In this document: positions 51,530-62,273 of the stretch, in pieces
How the letters are laid out: each line of letters opens with the position of its first letter
How positions within the stretch are numbered: position 1 is the first letter of the stretch
IMG/VR virus record: IMGVR_UViG_3300023108_000002
Origin: a virus
Lineage: Duplodnaviria; Caudoviricetes
Length of the DNA: 64,000 bases
Direction: 5' to 3' (one strand)
Notes under the pieces: model-generated
The model's database searches: none
Told to the model about the DNA's origin: nothing
The model's input: only the letters and a program-made list of their open reading frames with translations
Program-made: the position numbers and the translations under genes

Positions 51530-53844
51530 TGAATTTTATGGGTAGAGAAGGTATGGTCTGGTGGCAGGGTATCATCGAAGATATCAAAGACCCTGAGGCT
51601 TTAGGTAGAGTTCGAGTCCGTATTATCGGATACCATACCGAAGATAGACAACAATTACCTACAGATGCGTTACCTTGGGCATCTCCAATTATGCCAATTA
51701 CCTCTGCTGCGATAGCCGGTATAGGACAATCTCCTACTGGTGCATTGCCTGGCGCATGGGTTATGGGTTTCTTTAGAGATGGTGAGGCAGCTCAAGATCC
51801 TATTATATTTGGAACAGTTTATGGGCGTCCAAACGATACATCACAGACAACAGAAGATGGTTCATATCCATCTTCAGATGAGAGGGTGCCTGGCGCGTCC
51901 ACAAACAACGAGACAGATGTTAACAGACTTGCAAGGGGAACTGGCGTCAGTGAAGAATCTGGTGGCTCTGGTGATGCTAATGGTGTCAGTGATGGTGCTG
52001 CAAATACTGGAGATCAAACTGCACATGGAAAAGTGGATCAAGACGGAACGCCATCAGATTCTGAAAACAAAAAAAGACTTTCAAAGATTACTACTAAAAA
52101 TGGAAAATCAACATATGTAGCTACAATATTTGCAGAAAATTTTCAAAATTTTATCAATGAACTAGAAAAAACACCAGCACCAAATCATCCAAATGGATAT
52201 ACGATTTATAGTATAGGTGGGTATAATCATAGAAAATCCGCAGCGGGAAGTGGTGCATGGAGTTATCATGCGTCTGGTGCATCTATCGATATCAATCCTA
52301 GAGAAAATCCATATAGTTCGCAATTTATAACTGATATGCCATCAAACACTTCAGCTATTGCAGCAAAATATGGATTGGGTTGGGGCGGTGATTGGACAAG
52401 CAAAAAAGATACAATGCATTTTAGTATGGCTTCGGCAGAGCGCGGTTCTGTAAAATTAAAAAGAAATGGTGTTGTCCCAGATCCAAACACTGGTAGTCAA
52501 GAAGGTAGTCCAAGTTCTTCAGGTTCGTCCAGTGTTTATGGTAAAGGGAGTCCATTCCTTGGCGAAGGAAACACAAGGTATACTGCTCCGCAAAATCAAC
52601 CGAAAATACAGACACAAGCACGTCCGGCCGTGAACGCGCAAGATTGGCAGTCTGGAAAAACTTATCAGGTTGGAGATGTTGTAAAAAGTCCAGTTCTTTC
52701 AAAGGGGCAAAATTCCACAGGAGGCCCGCCACATACAATGAAAAGCGGAATTATCTCTTCTGCTTCAGCATTGGGAATTTCTGCCGTTGATTTGGCTACA
52801 GTAATATCATACGAAACTGCTGGAACATTCAATCCAAGAAAACCTGGCCCTACAACCAAATGGGGTCAACACAAAGGGTTAATTCAATTTGGAGAACCTC
52901 AGGCTACACAGTATGGAGTAGACTTTACTACAGAACAATCTGCAATAGATACTCAATTAGGATCAAATGGCGCAGTAGTGAAATATCTACGAGATGCTGG
53001 TGTGAAGCCAGGAATGGGACGATTGGAAGTTTATTCTGCAATCAATGCCGGTGGAATTGGAGAGAAATACTATGGAAGAAGCGATAGTTCTTCTGGTGGA
53101 GCTGCTGGTACAGTCAGAGATAAAGTAAACAACCAAATGGCCGGACATGAAGTCAAAGCAAATAGACTCCTGCAAGGTACTGACGAGGCCAAATTTGTTG
53201 AACAAACTGTATTTATCGCAAGGAAGGCTGGTATTTCTGGAAGTGATGGTGGGCCTAGAAAATCTAATCTAACTGATGGTGATGTTCTTTGGGAAGTTGC
53301 AAATAACGAAATTCAACAACAATCTGTGAGTGAACAATTTGCAGAAGCCGAAGCAGCAGCTGCAACAACCTCAGATGGATATACCACAAACAATAAAGGA
53401 ATTTCCAATACTCCTGCTGAAAACAAACCAGCGGCTGTACAACAAAAAGAAAATAGTATTGATGAAACGGATTTGTTTAAAGAACCAGATAATCCTTATG
53501 CAGCAGAATATCCATACAATAAAGTTTTGTTTACTGAGTCGGGACATATTCAAGAATTTGACGATACGCCTGGTGCAGAAAGAATACATACTATGCACAA
53601 GTCAGGAACATTTCAAGAGATACATCCAGACGGCACGACAGTAACAAAGGTTGTGAAGGATAATTATCAGATTGTCTTTGGAGAAAATAACATATATGTG
53701 AAAGGGAATCTGAACATAGTCGTAGATAAAGATGTAAATATAAAAGTGAGTGGCGCTGTTGATGCCCAGATTGGTAAAACTCTGAATTCGCAGAGTGGTG
53801 GAAATACAACAATCAAAGCACCAAGAATAGATCTAAACCCATAG
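51526..53844 (+). CDS. gp5: Baseplate spike gp5 with M15 peptidase and lysozyme-like domains
   Basis: OB-fold N-terminus (WWQGIIEDIKDPEALGRVRVR, LPWASPIMP); C-terminal YPYNKV..TESGHIQEFDDTPGAERI beta-helix start. Confidence 0.92.
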   Translation: MMNFMGREGMVWWQGIIEDIKDPEALGRVRVRIIGYHTEDRQQLPTDALPWASPIMPITSAAIAGIGQSPTGALPGAWVMGFFRDGEAAQDPIIFGTVYGRPNDTSQTTEDGSYPSSDERVPGASTNNETDVNRLARGTGVSEESGGSGDANGVSDGAANTGDQTAHGKVDQDGTPSDSENKKRLSKITTKNGKSTYVATIFAENFQNFINELEKTPAPNHPNGYTIYSIGGYNHRKSAAGSGAWSYHASGASIDINPRENPYSSQFITDMPSNTSAIAAKYGLGWGGDWTSKKDTMHFSMASAERGSVKLKRNGVVPDPNTGSQEGSPSSSGSSSVYGKGSPFLGEGNTRYTAPQNQPKIQTQARPAVNAQDWQSGKTYQVGDVVKSPVLSKGQNSTGGPPHTMKSGIISSASALGISAVDLATVISYETAGTFNPRKPGPTTKWGQHKGLIQFGEPQATQYGVDFTTEQSAIDTQLGSNGAVVKYLRDAGVKPGMGRLEVYSAINAGGIGEKYYGRSDSSSGGAAGTVRDKVNNQMAGHEVKANRLLQGTDEAKFVEQTVFIARKAGISGSDGGPRKSNLTDGDVLWEVANNEIQQQSVSEQFAEAEAAAATTSDGYTTNNKGISNTPAENKPAAVQQKENSIDETDLFKEPDNPYAAEYPYNKVLFTESGHIQEFDDTPGAERIHTMHKSGTFQEIHPDGTTVTKVVKDNYQIVFGENNIYVKGNLNIVVDKDVNIKVSGAVDAQIGKTLNSQSGGNTTIKAPRIDLNP

Positions 53845-53853
53845 GAAACTAAA

Positions 53854-54315
53854 ATGGCAACACTTCAGACGAATAAAGATTTTGATTTGAAATTCACCAG
53901 AATGCCTAGTGGTGATGTGAAAATTAAAACAGATAAACCACAACTAAATCAATTTCCGGCAATAGAACAGAGTTTAATTAATATTTTGTTAACAAATAAA
54001 GGAGAAAAACCTTTTAATCCGGCTTTCGGTGGTGATTTATATGCAAGTTTGTTTGAACTCATTCCAGATATTGAGTTTTTATCTATTCCAGGCCAGATAA
54101 ATATAAAAGAAAATATAAAATTAGTTCTAGAAGAATATGAACCAAGAATCAATGTAATGGAAGTTAATTTTGTTGGAGATGGAGAAAATAGATATGGCAA
54201 AGGTTCAGTTCATAAATCTACTGATAATAATCAGATCAACATTGAAATTAAATATATTGTTCCACCAGCAACACAAATGTATGAATATACACTACAAGTA
54301 AAAAGAGTAAGATAA
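53854..54315 (+). CDS. gp25: Baseplate wedge gp25
   Basis: AIEQSLINILLTNKGEKPFNPAFG...YEPRI. Confidence 0.92.
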   Translation: MATLQTNKDFDLKFTRMPSGDVKIKTDKPQLNQFPAIEQSLINILLTNKGEKPFNPAFGGDLYASLFELIPDIEFLSIPGQINIKENIKLVLEEYEPRINVMEVNFVGDGENRYGKGSVHKSTDNNQINIEIKYIVPPATQMYEYTLQVKRVR

Positions 54316-56358
54316 ATGGCCAAGAACATTAACATATCCGAATTAGATTTCAATTCAATTAAACAATCTATCAAGGCATATATGCAGTCAGACGAGACTT
54401 TCAAAGATTATAATTTTGAAGGATCTGCCCTTAATACTCTTACTGATATATTAGGATACAATACATATTATAATTCATTTTATTTGAATATGATGGCAAA
54501 TGAAATGTTTCTTGAGACTGCAAGGTTGAGAGATAATGTTGTTTCTAAGGCGAAATTGCTGGGTTATACACCGACATCAAACAAATCTTCTGAAGCAACT
54601 ATTGTTGCTACATTCGTGATAGAAAATTCTGTGAGCGATAGATTAAATTCAAAATATACAAATATTAAAATTGATAGAAATTTTGTTTTCAAATTGAATG
54701 CAGATGGCGCAGAGTATAGATTTGTCCCTAAAATTAATAGAGTTGTAAATCGTTCTCAAAATCCTATAGATATGGGTAACGGAAAATATCGCCACATATA
54801 TGAAATATTTGATTTGGAATTGATTCAAGGAAACGAAGTTCAAGAAATGTATACAGTAGATACTTCTGATCCAAATCAGAAATTTTATATTTCAAATCAA
54901 AATGTAGACATATCCTCTCTTAAAGTTTATGTAAAAGAAAATCAATTTAGCGATACAATTGAAGAATATAGCATCAATACAGATACAATGTCGTTAACAG
55001 ATATTTCTACAAGATATTTTTTACAAGAATCTACTGATGGAAAATATGAAATATTATTTGGAGATGGTGTTCTAGGAAAAGAATTAGTGTCTGGTAATGT
55101 GATAACTATAAAATATATTACTACTGCTGGTGCAGCAGCAAATGGTTTTGGTGGAAAAATGACTTTGTTGGGTAAAAGTATTCCAGACGGAATCAAACCA
55201 GCATCATCTACTTTGGTTCCAAACAACCTTGAAATTGTCGGAAGAACTTACAATGGCGCAGATAAAGAAAGCATAGAATCTATCAAGTTTTATGCTCCAA
55301 GAACTTTTGAAGGACAAAATAGGGCAGTAACTGCTAGAGATTATATGACAATTGTTCCAAAAATATATCCACAGACTGCATCAATGAATATTTGGGGAGG
55401 AGAAGATAATAACCCACCCCAATACGGTAGGGTTTTTATTTCAATTAAACCTAATACTGGATTATATCTTTCACAACTTGAAAAACAATCGCTTCAAAAT
55501 AATTTGATAAAGAATTATTCAGTATTGGGGCTGACTCCTGTCATTGAAGATCCAGATTTTATTAAACTAAAATTAAACATTCAAGTTAAATATGATAATG
55601 AAGCAACACTTTTAGATGAAGCAGATTTACTAGGCGCAGTAAAAAATTCTATTGTAGATTTTAATGAAAAGTTTTTAAATGATTTCAATAGTTATTTTAG
55701 ATATTCTCAATTTTTGGCTAAAATTGACCAAACAGATGAGTCCATCACAAACAACTTGACTACCATGATTTTAATTAATGAACAAATAGCAACACTCAAT
55801 ACTGCTTCTGCATATAACTTTAACTTCAGTAATGCAGTTTCTCCAAACTCAATTTATTCTAATGCTGTTTATGTGTCTGGTGGAGATGTTCCATATTATA
55901 TTGATGATAATGGACTTGGTTCTATTAGAATGTATTATATCAATAATTTTAATACAAGAGTATATAATACTCTTCCAATCGGAACTATAAATTACACTAC
56001 AGGAACGATCAATATTCCAGATTTAAATATATCTGGAGTTTTAGGTGGAGATGTGTTTGGGGTTGCATGTACTCCAGCATCAAATGATATCTTTCCCGTA
56101 AGAAATCAAATTATATTTATTGATATGGAAGAACTGGATGTAACTATGTTGCCAGACACAGACGAATTCAACGAGAACTATGATATTTCAACTCAGAGAG
56201 TTGTTGTAAGTAGAAATGTTTCTACAACATATAACACAGGAAATTCATCTATTTCATCATCTGGAGCAAATTCTTCAATAACGAGAGTTTATAGTGACAG
56301 CGGGCAAACAAGTTCTGGTTCGTCTGGAACCAATACTGGTACTGGTAGTGGATACTAA
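54316..56358 (+). CDS. gp6: Baseplate wedge gp6
   Basis: ELDFNSIK...DYNFEGS, NEMFLETA..R.NVVS.AKLLGY, QNRAVTARDY, WGGEDNNPPQYGRVFISIKP. Confidence 0.95.
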   Translation: MAKNINISELDFNSIKQSIKAYMQSDETFKDYNFEGSALNTLTDILGYNTYYNSFYLNMMANEMFLETARLRDNVVSKAKLLGYTPTSNKSSEATIVATFVIENSVSDRLNSKYTNIKIDRNFVFKLNADGAEYRFVPKINRVVNRSQNPIDMGNGKYRHIYEIFDLELIQGNEVQEMYTVDTSDPNQKFYISNQNVDISSLKVYVKENQFSDTIEEYSINTDTMSLTDISTRYFLQESTDGKYEILFGDGVLGKELVSGNVITIKYITTAGAAANGFGGKMTLLGKSIPDGIKPASSTLVPNNLEIVGRTYNGADKESIESIKFYAPRTFEGQNRAVTARDYMTIVPKIYPQTASMNIWGGEDNNPPQYGRVFISIKPNTGLYLSQLEKQSLQNNLIKNYSVLGLTPVIEDPDFIKLKLNIQVKYDNEATLLDEADLLGAVKNSIVDFNEKFLNDFNSYFRYSQFLAKIDQTDESITNNLTTMILINEQIATLNTASAYNFNFSNAVSPNSIYSNAVYVSGGDVPYYIDDNGLGSIRMYYINNFNTRVYNTLPIGTINYTTGTINIPDLNISGVLGGDVFGVACTPASNDIFPVRNQIIFIDMEELDVTMLPDTDEFNENYDISTQRVVVSRNVSTTYNTGNSSISSSGANSSITRVYSDSGQTSSGSSGTNTGTGSGY

Positions 56359-56360
56359 GA

Positions 56361-59300
56361 ATGTCAAGCAACATCAAAGATATATCAAATTATATAAGAC
56401 AACAACTTCCTTACTATATTTCTTCTGATGAAGATTATGGTAAGTTTGTAAGATTTCTAGAATTATATTATGAGTGGTTATCTCAACCATCAAATGTATC
56501 TGATGTAACAGGAAAAATTATTGATTATACCGATTTAGACCAAACTCTTGACCTTTTTGTTTCTATGTTCAAAAGCGAACTGGCTGATAGTTTTCCAAAC
56601 ATTACCAGAATAAAAGGTATTGAGTTTTCAAATGAAAATACAGAAAATAATACACAATCTGCAACTATTACAACTTCAGATCAAAATTTCTTTGCAGATG
56701 GGTCGAATCATACTTTTAAATTAAATTATTTCAATCCTCTTTATTATCTTGGAAACCCAGATGATAATAGTAAAGTTGTAGAGATTAAGGTTTTCACAAA
56801 TTTAGCAGGATCGGCGAGAGGGACAGATAGTTCTTTGGATGGGGTTCTTGATTTCTTAACATCTCCTGATGTCGATCCAAATGGTTCTGCTGGTTCATAT
56901 AATTTACTCGTAGAAAATACTGATTATGTTTTGATTGACAATACAATTAAATTTATTGATATTAATGGTGACCCTGAAGCTCCAACCAATAATGATTTAA
57001 TTAAAGTTAGATTTTATATTGAGTCTATATTACAGACAACAGGAACTGCTGATAGTGAAGATGATGTTAAGAAAATTGTCTCTGATGCATCTATCAAAAA
57101 AACTAGTTACACAAATCAAAAAAACTTTTTGAAATTTATGAAAGATTTCTATCAATCAAAAGGAACAGAACCATCATATAAATTTTTGTTTCGTTCTATT
57201 TTCAATGAAGATATAGATATCTATTATCCAAAAAATAATTTATTCAAGCTGAGCAACAATGTTTGGGACAGCACTAGAAGTTTAAGAGCAATTCCATATT
57301 CTCCTTCAAAGGTTACTGATCCTAAAGTAGAAACTCCATATAGAATAAAAGGTAAAACATCTAATGCAACCGCTACAGTAGAATATTATAATGATGTTAC
57401 TATTGGTTCATATTCGGTTAGAGAATATTTTATAACAAATATCTCTGGTGATTTTACAAATAAAGAAAAAATTGAAATTCTTCAAACAAATAACACAACA
57501 TATGAAGAGGAATTATATGTATGTGTGGTTGGATTTGATATTATTGAGCCCGGCCAAAACTATCCAAGAAATAGACCTCTCACAAGTTATGTTTCTGATG
57601 CTGGTTCTGGGACTGGATTTTCTGCAATGATTCAACACACAACGATGGGTTCTCTTGATGAAATTGAAATCATTGGATCTGGTTCTAACTATATTACTGG
57701 CGAACAAATAGATTTTGCAGAAACTGGTTCGTTAGGATCTGGTGCTCTTGGTGAAGTGAGCGAAATTGACTCAGTTACTACAGACTATGAGGTTGTTTTC
57801 AATCAAAATCCAGAGTCTTTAGAATATCCTGTTCTGTCATTTGATATTTCTCTTTCTGGTGATATATATCCTTCAAATTCCACAAATACAATAGTTTCAA
57901 TTGAAAATATTGATTCTAAAACAAACGATGTTTTAATTTTATATGATTATGAAAATTTAATTCGTGATAGAAGAGTATATCAAAATGGAATGTCATTTCA
58001 TGGGTTTTTGTTGGATAAAAAGTCAAATACAATTGCATATAGACACAAAGCATCTCTAATGCCTGTGGAAAATCCACTCGATACTGTAGTAAATACAAAT
58101 TTTGGAGAAGTTACTGATACTAGAATTAGACAAGATTTGGATATTAGAGTCGATTCTGTAGATGCAAATGGTGGTATTACTTCAGCATCTGTTATTACTC
58201 CTGCGGCTAATCCAACTTCGATTTTTCCTAATATAATTCAATTAACTAACCAAACAGCAGTCTTAAACAATGGCCTTGGATTTGGAGCCAGTTTTGATGT
58301 TGTTGTTGAGAATAATACTATTACTAGTCTCACTTTAAATGCCGATGATAATTCTCAATTATATTCAATTAATGATATTGTAAAAATTGATGGTTCTACT
58401 TTTAGACCAGATGGCGAGAGCATTAATGATGATGTATTCATTAAGATCACAGCTGTTGCGGGTGGAGTTGTTGTGACTGATATTGAAAGCGATGCATATA
58501 CAACAACTAGTGTAAACGGTACTGGCGCAGTTTGGGATATTGATACTACACAAGCAACATATCCAAAACTAATATCAGTTTTATTGAGTGATGCAGATTC
58601 TAATGGAAATCCATCTCCTACTAGTGGATATGAAGTGGGAGATTCATTTACGATACCTGGCTCAGTTATCAACGGCACTGATGGTGAACACGATCTGACG
58701 ATTGAAGTTACTGAAGTGGATAATAATGGAAGAATTCACAGTTTCCAAACGCTAGGTCGTCCACAGGGCGGACAGATATCATCATTTACACAAGAAAATT
58801 TTCCAACACTACCAGATGCAAAACATGAATTCTATAATCCAACATTTGTTGCAAACAATCCAAACGGCGGGCCCGTTGGTGTTGGATTAAAATTTTCTGT
58901 GAATGTAGATGGAAGTTCATATTCTGTTATAAATCCTTTTGGTGTGTCTCGTGGCTCAGGATATGAGGTGGGAACTACTCTTACTATCAATGGTGAATTA
59001 TTGGGAGGAACTACTGGTGTAAATGACCTTGTAATTCGAATTGATGATGTAGTGGACAATATTAGAGATGGAGAGTTTATTTCTGGACAAGTAAAAGAGT
59101 TGTCTGTTGTTAGTGGAACAGCTGTAAATAAAACAACATATAGAAATGTAAGTGTACAAAATGGAAAAGGAAGGGGTGCTAGATTTGATGTTGCTGTTAA
59201 TTCTGGAACCTATTCTATTACAATTCCAGCGGGAAAAGAGGGAACTGGATATTCTATAGACCAAACTCTTACTATTCCTGGCCAAGTTCTTGGTGCCCAA

Positions 59301-62225
59301 TGGATTAAAGATGGATTTGTGGCTGGTTTGGATCAAGTTGGAGAGTATGCTCTTCACACAGATTTTGGATATGCCAGAACAGATGATGTCGATGAAATTC
59401 TATCAAATAGCTTAACAAATAATGAATTGACTTTAGATTTTTGGTATTTTAGAAAATCAACATCCATAACTGATTTAAATTCTCCTGGCTCATCAATATT
59501 TTCTTTCAATGTTGAAGATGGTGGAGATCAAAAAACAATTCTTTGGCAAAAAACAGACGGAACACTTTTATTAGAAGATAGTCTTGGAAATCAATTAACA
59601 ACTGCACAATTAGAATTTGGAAAATGGCATCATATCGCTGTTTATTTTAGCGACAATGCAACTACAATATATGTTGATGGAAAAAAAGAAGATACTATTG
59701 CGTCCACAAACATGCTTGAATATACTACAGGTACTAATTTTTATGTCGGCGCTAGACAAGACGCTGGACCAGACTATGTAATACTTGATTATACTTTAGG
59801 TTTCTTTGGTAGTATGAGATTTACCAAAGGACAGAGATATGAGGAACAACCAATTAATGGGGATGGTAATATTTTAGTTGAAGATTTGGGAACAGAAAAC
59901 GCATTATCTGGAAATGGACTAAATCCAATATATGTAAATCCAGTTCCAAGTTATAGAAATATTAGAAATTCAGTAAAATTGACAAACTCCTTTGTTGCAA
60001 CAGAAGGACAAACTGTATATGCATTAGATTATGACTCAACACAACAGATTGTAATTACTATCAATGATTCTCCAACAACCGCATTTTCTGCGACAGATGG
60101 ATATGAAATTACTTTTGATAGTGGTTTGACTGCTGGTGATGTTGTAGTTATTTCTTCATATTCTGTTATAAATGATGATCTTGAATATATCATTTACGAT
60201 TCAAATAATGCAGTTGCTGCGAATACGATCCTTTTAAGAAGAATGGATTCTGATGGAATCTATTCGTCATATCAACTTCCAGATGGACATTCATTGAGAG
60301 TAAAATATTCTGCGCGGCCACCGGCGGGAGTAAGCAAAACAAGACTTATTACTGGTGGTAGTAATTATATTCGTTATTTGTATGGTTATGTAAAAGACAA
60401 AACTATGGATTATAATTCAATTGGTGATGGCGCATTTTTCTTAGGCAAAGGAAAAACTGTTGGCGGGATTAGTAAAATCAATATTTATGAAAGCAATATT
60501 CAAGATCAGTATGATGGGTTTGGAGTTGGTTACGATACACCACCGACTCTAGACCTATCTCAACTTGGAGATGGTACTGCACAAGTAAATGTTTTGACAG
60601 GGCCGGTTTGTGTTAGAGAAGGACAATATATTAATGATGAAGGTTTCTTATCGGCAGATAATAGAATAACTGACAGTTATTTGTGGCAAGATTATTCATA
60701 TGTTATCAAAGTTGGTAGATATATTGATGAGTGGAGAAAAATCGTTAAGAAAGTAGTTCATCCGGCCGGACTAATGATGTTTGGTGAATACTCAATTACT
60801 ACCACGGCGGAATTGAGAAAGACTGCAAATGCAGCATGGAGTCAATTGATATATGAGATTATCAAAAATATCAACTTAAAAGTCAGAAATATGGATGGTT
60901 TGGGAAGATGGACATATGGATCTTCATTTCCAATGAACACCAATGACTTAAATTCTTATGGGTATAAAATTGTCTATGATAATAGACAACCAACAATAAA
61001 CAGCACGATTGATGGATTGTATCAGGGCGTGGGTACTGGAGAGGTATCTGATGATACAATTGGAGCAGCCACAGTTGACACGGGTTCTGGTAGATATGCA
61101 CTTTTAGATGAAAATCAAGATGATGCATACCAATGGAATGTTGTAAAATATATTGCATTGAACTACAAAGATGCGTTTGGAAAAGATTATGAAAATTATT
61201 ACGAATCAGAACTTATTGGAAATACAGTAACTGTATATGATTTGTCTGATACTGAAATTACAAATGATGAATACATAAACACACGTCCTTGGGCGAAATA
61301 TCAAATCACTTCAATTGAATTTGATGATGATGCTGAAGATAGAATAGTCACATTTACTGTGAAATATTTGAAACATTATAAAAATATTCCAACACTTTCC
61401 CCAGAAAACAAAGTAGAATTCAGATGGGATAATATCTTTAGAGGAAATGTGGACAGAATGAACAACTATTGGGTCGGTTCTACTCTAGATGGTGCCAATC
61501 CAAGAGATGAAAAAATGATCATAAATATTTCTGGAAGATATAATAATAACAAAGAAGGAGATGTGCCTACTTTACATACAACCTATCGTTCTCTAGAAAG
61601 ATTTAAATTCTACTTTACAGCATATTATCCTTGGCAAAATCTAGCAGCACTGTTGTTTAGTCCACAGAGAGAAATGGAAGCTTCCCCATACTGGAATAGA
61701 AGAAAATTAATTCAAGGCAATCAACTCACTCATGTTCCAAGACGGCCTACAGAATTTAATATGTGGTATTTCTTGCCAGTTGAGGTTGCTGGAGATTATG
61801 ATTGGATTGCAAATACGGATGGAACTGACCATCAATGGACTAATACTAGAATTTCTGAAATTACAGAAAAATCGGATAGAAAATATAGAGCAGTTCTAGA
61901 TTCACATTTAGATTTGAATCCTGTATATTTGGTAATGAGTGAAGAAAATCCTAATTCTAGTACTAGAAAAAGAATGGGCCCTACTAATTTATCAGTAGAA
62001 AGAGCTAAATTCAATGAAAAAACTCAGATGATAGATTATAATGTAGACAGAATTGATTATAACGAAAATGAGTTGTATATGAACACATTTGGAAAATATA
62101 TCGTTCCCGGCGGGTTACATAATAAAACTAATTTTGCTTCTGAATCGAGCATAATAAAATTCCGTTCAGAACCAACCACATTGGAAGAATTGAATAATAT
62201 GATAAGTTCAACTATGATTGACTAA
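56361..62225 (+). CDS. gp7: Baseplate wedge initiator gp7-like protein, 1954 aa, with LamG domain
   Basis: FLELYYEWL; FYQSKGTEPSYKFLFR; DSYLWQDYSYVIK...VVHPAG; internal GKWHHIAV...IYVDG LamG motif. Confidence 0.85.
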   Translation: MSSNIKDISNYIRQQLPYYISSDEDYGKFVRFLELYYEWLSQPSNVSDVTGKIIDYTDLDQTLDLFVSMFKSELADSFPNITRIKGIEFSNENTENNTQSATITTSDQNFFADGSNHTFKLNYFNPLYYLGNPDDNSKVVEIKVFTNLAGSARGTDSSLDGVLDFLTSPDVDPNGSAGSYNLLVENTDYVLIDNTIKFIDINGDPEAPTNNDLIKVRFYIESILQTTGTADSEDDVKKIVSDASIKKTSYTNQKNFLKFMKDFYQSKGTEPSYKFLFRSIFNEDIDIYYPKNNLFKLSNNVWDSTRSLRAIPYSPSKVTDPKVETPYRIKGKTSNATATVEYYNDVTIGSYSVREYFITNISGDFTNKEKIEILQTNNTTYEEELYVCVVGFDIIEPGQNYPRNRPLTSYVSDAGSGTGFSAMIQHTTMGSLDEIEIIGSGSNYITGEQIDFAETGSLGSGALGEVSEIDSVTTDYEVVFNQNPESLEYPVLSFDISLSGDIYPSNSTNTIVSIENIDSKTNDVLILYDYENLIRDRRVYQNGMSFHGFLLDKKSNTIAYRHKASLMPVENPLDTVVNTNFGEVTDTRIRQDLDIRVDSVDANGGITSASVITPAANPTSIFPNIIQLTNQTAVLNNGLGFGASFDVVVENNTITSLTLNADDNSQLYSINDIVKIDGSTFRPDGESINDDVFIKITAVAGGVVVTDIESDAYTTTSVNGTGAVWDIDTTQATYPKLISVLLSDADSNGNPSPTSGYEVGDSFTIPGSVINGTDGEHDLTIEVTEVDNNGRIHSFQTLGRPQGGQISSFTQENFPTLPDAKHEFYNPTFVANNPNGGPVGVGLKFSVNVDGSSYSVINPFGVSRGSGYEVGTTLTINGELLGGTTGVNDLVIRIDDVVDNIRDGEFISGQVKELSVVSGTAVNKTTYRNVSVQNGKGRGARFDVAVNSGTYSITIPAGKEGTGYSIDQTLTIPGQVLGAQWIKDGFVAGLDQVGEYALHTDFGYARTDDVDEILSNSLTNNELTLDFWYFRKSTSITDLNSPGSSIFSFNVEDGGDQKTILWQKTDGTLLLEDSLGNQLTTAQLEFGKWHHIAVYFSDNATTIYVDGKKEDTIASTNMLEYTTGTNFYVGARQDAGPDYVILDYTLGFFGSMRFTKGQRYEEQPINGDGNILVEDLGTENALSGNGLNPIYVNPVPSYRNIRNSVKLTNSFVATEGQTVYALDYDSTQQIVITINDSPTTAFSATDGYEITFDSGLTAGDVVVISSYSVINDDLEYIIYDSNNAVAANTILLRRMDSDGIYSSYQLPDGHSLRVKYSARPPAGVSKTRLITGGSNYIRYLYGYVKDKTMDYNSIGDGAFFLGKGKTVGGISKINIYESNIQDQYDGFGVGYDTPPTLDLSQLGDGTAQVNVLTGPVCVREGQYINDEGFLSADNRITDSYLWQDYSYVIKVGRYIDEWRKIVKKVVHPAGLMMFGEYSITTTAELRKTANAAWSQLIYEIIKNINLKVRNMDGLGRWTYGSSFPMNTNDLNSYGYKIVYDNRQPTINSTIDGLYQGVGTGEVSDDTIGAATVDTGSGRYALLDENQDDAYQWNVVKYIALNYKDAFGKDYENYYESELIGNTVTVYDLSDTEITNDEYINTRPWAKYQITSIEFDDDAEDRIVTFTVKYLKHYKNIPTLSPENKVEFRWDNIFRGNVDRMNNYWVGSTLDGANPRDEKMIINISGRYNNNKEGDVPTLHTTYRSLERFKFYFTAYYPWQNLAALLFSPQREMEASPYWNRRKLIQGNQLTHVPRRPTEFNMWYFLPVEVAGDYDWIANTDGTDHQWTNTRISEITEKSDRKYRAVLDSHLDLNPVYLVMSEENPNSSTRKRMGPTNLSVERAKFNEKTQMIDYNVDRIDYNENELYMNTFGKYIVPGGLHNKTNFASESSIIKFRSEPTTLEELNNMISSTMID

Positions 62226-62232
62226 AAAAGAT

Positions 62233-62240
62233 TATAAATA
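62233..62240 (+). promoter_or_regulatory. T4 late promoter for gp8
   Basis: TATAAATA 34 bp upstream of the start. Confidence 0.85.
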
Positions 62241-62273
62241 GTAAAAACTTACAAAGACTTAAAAGGTAAAAAA

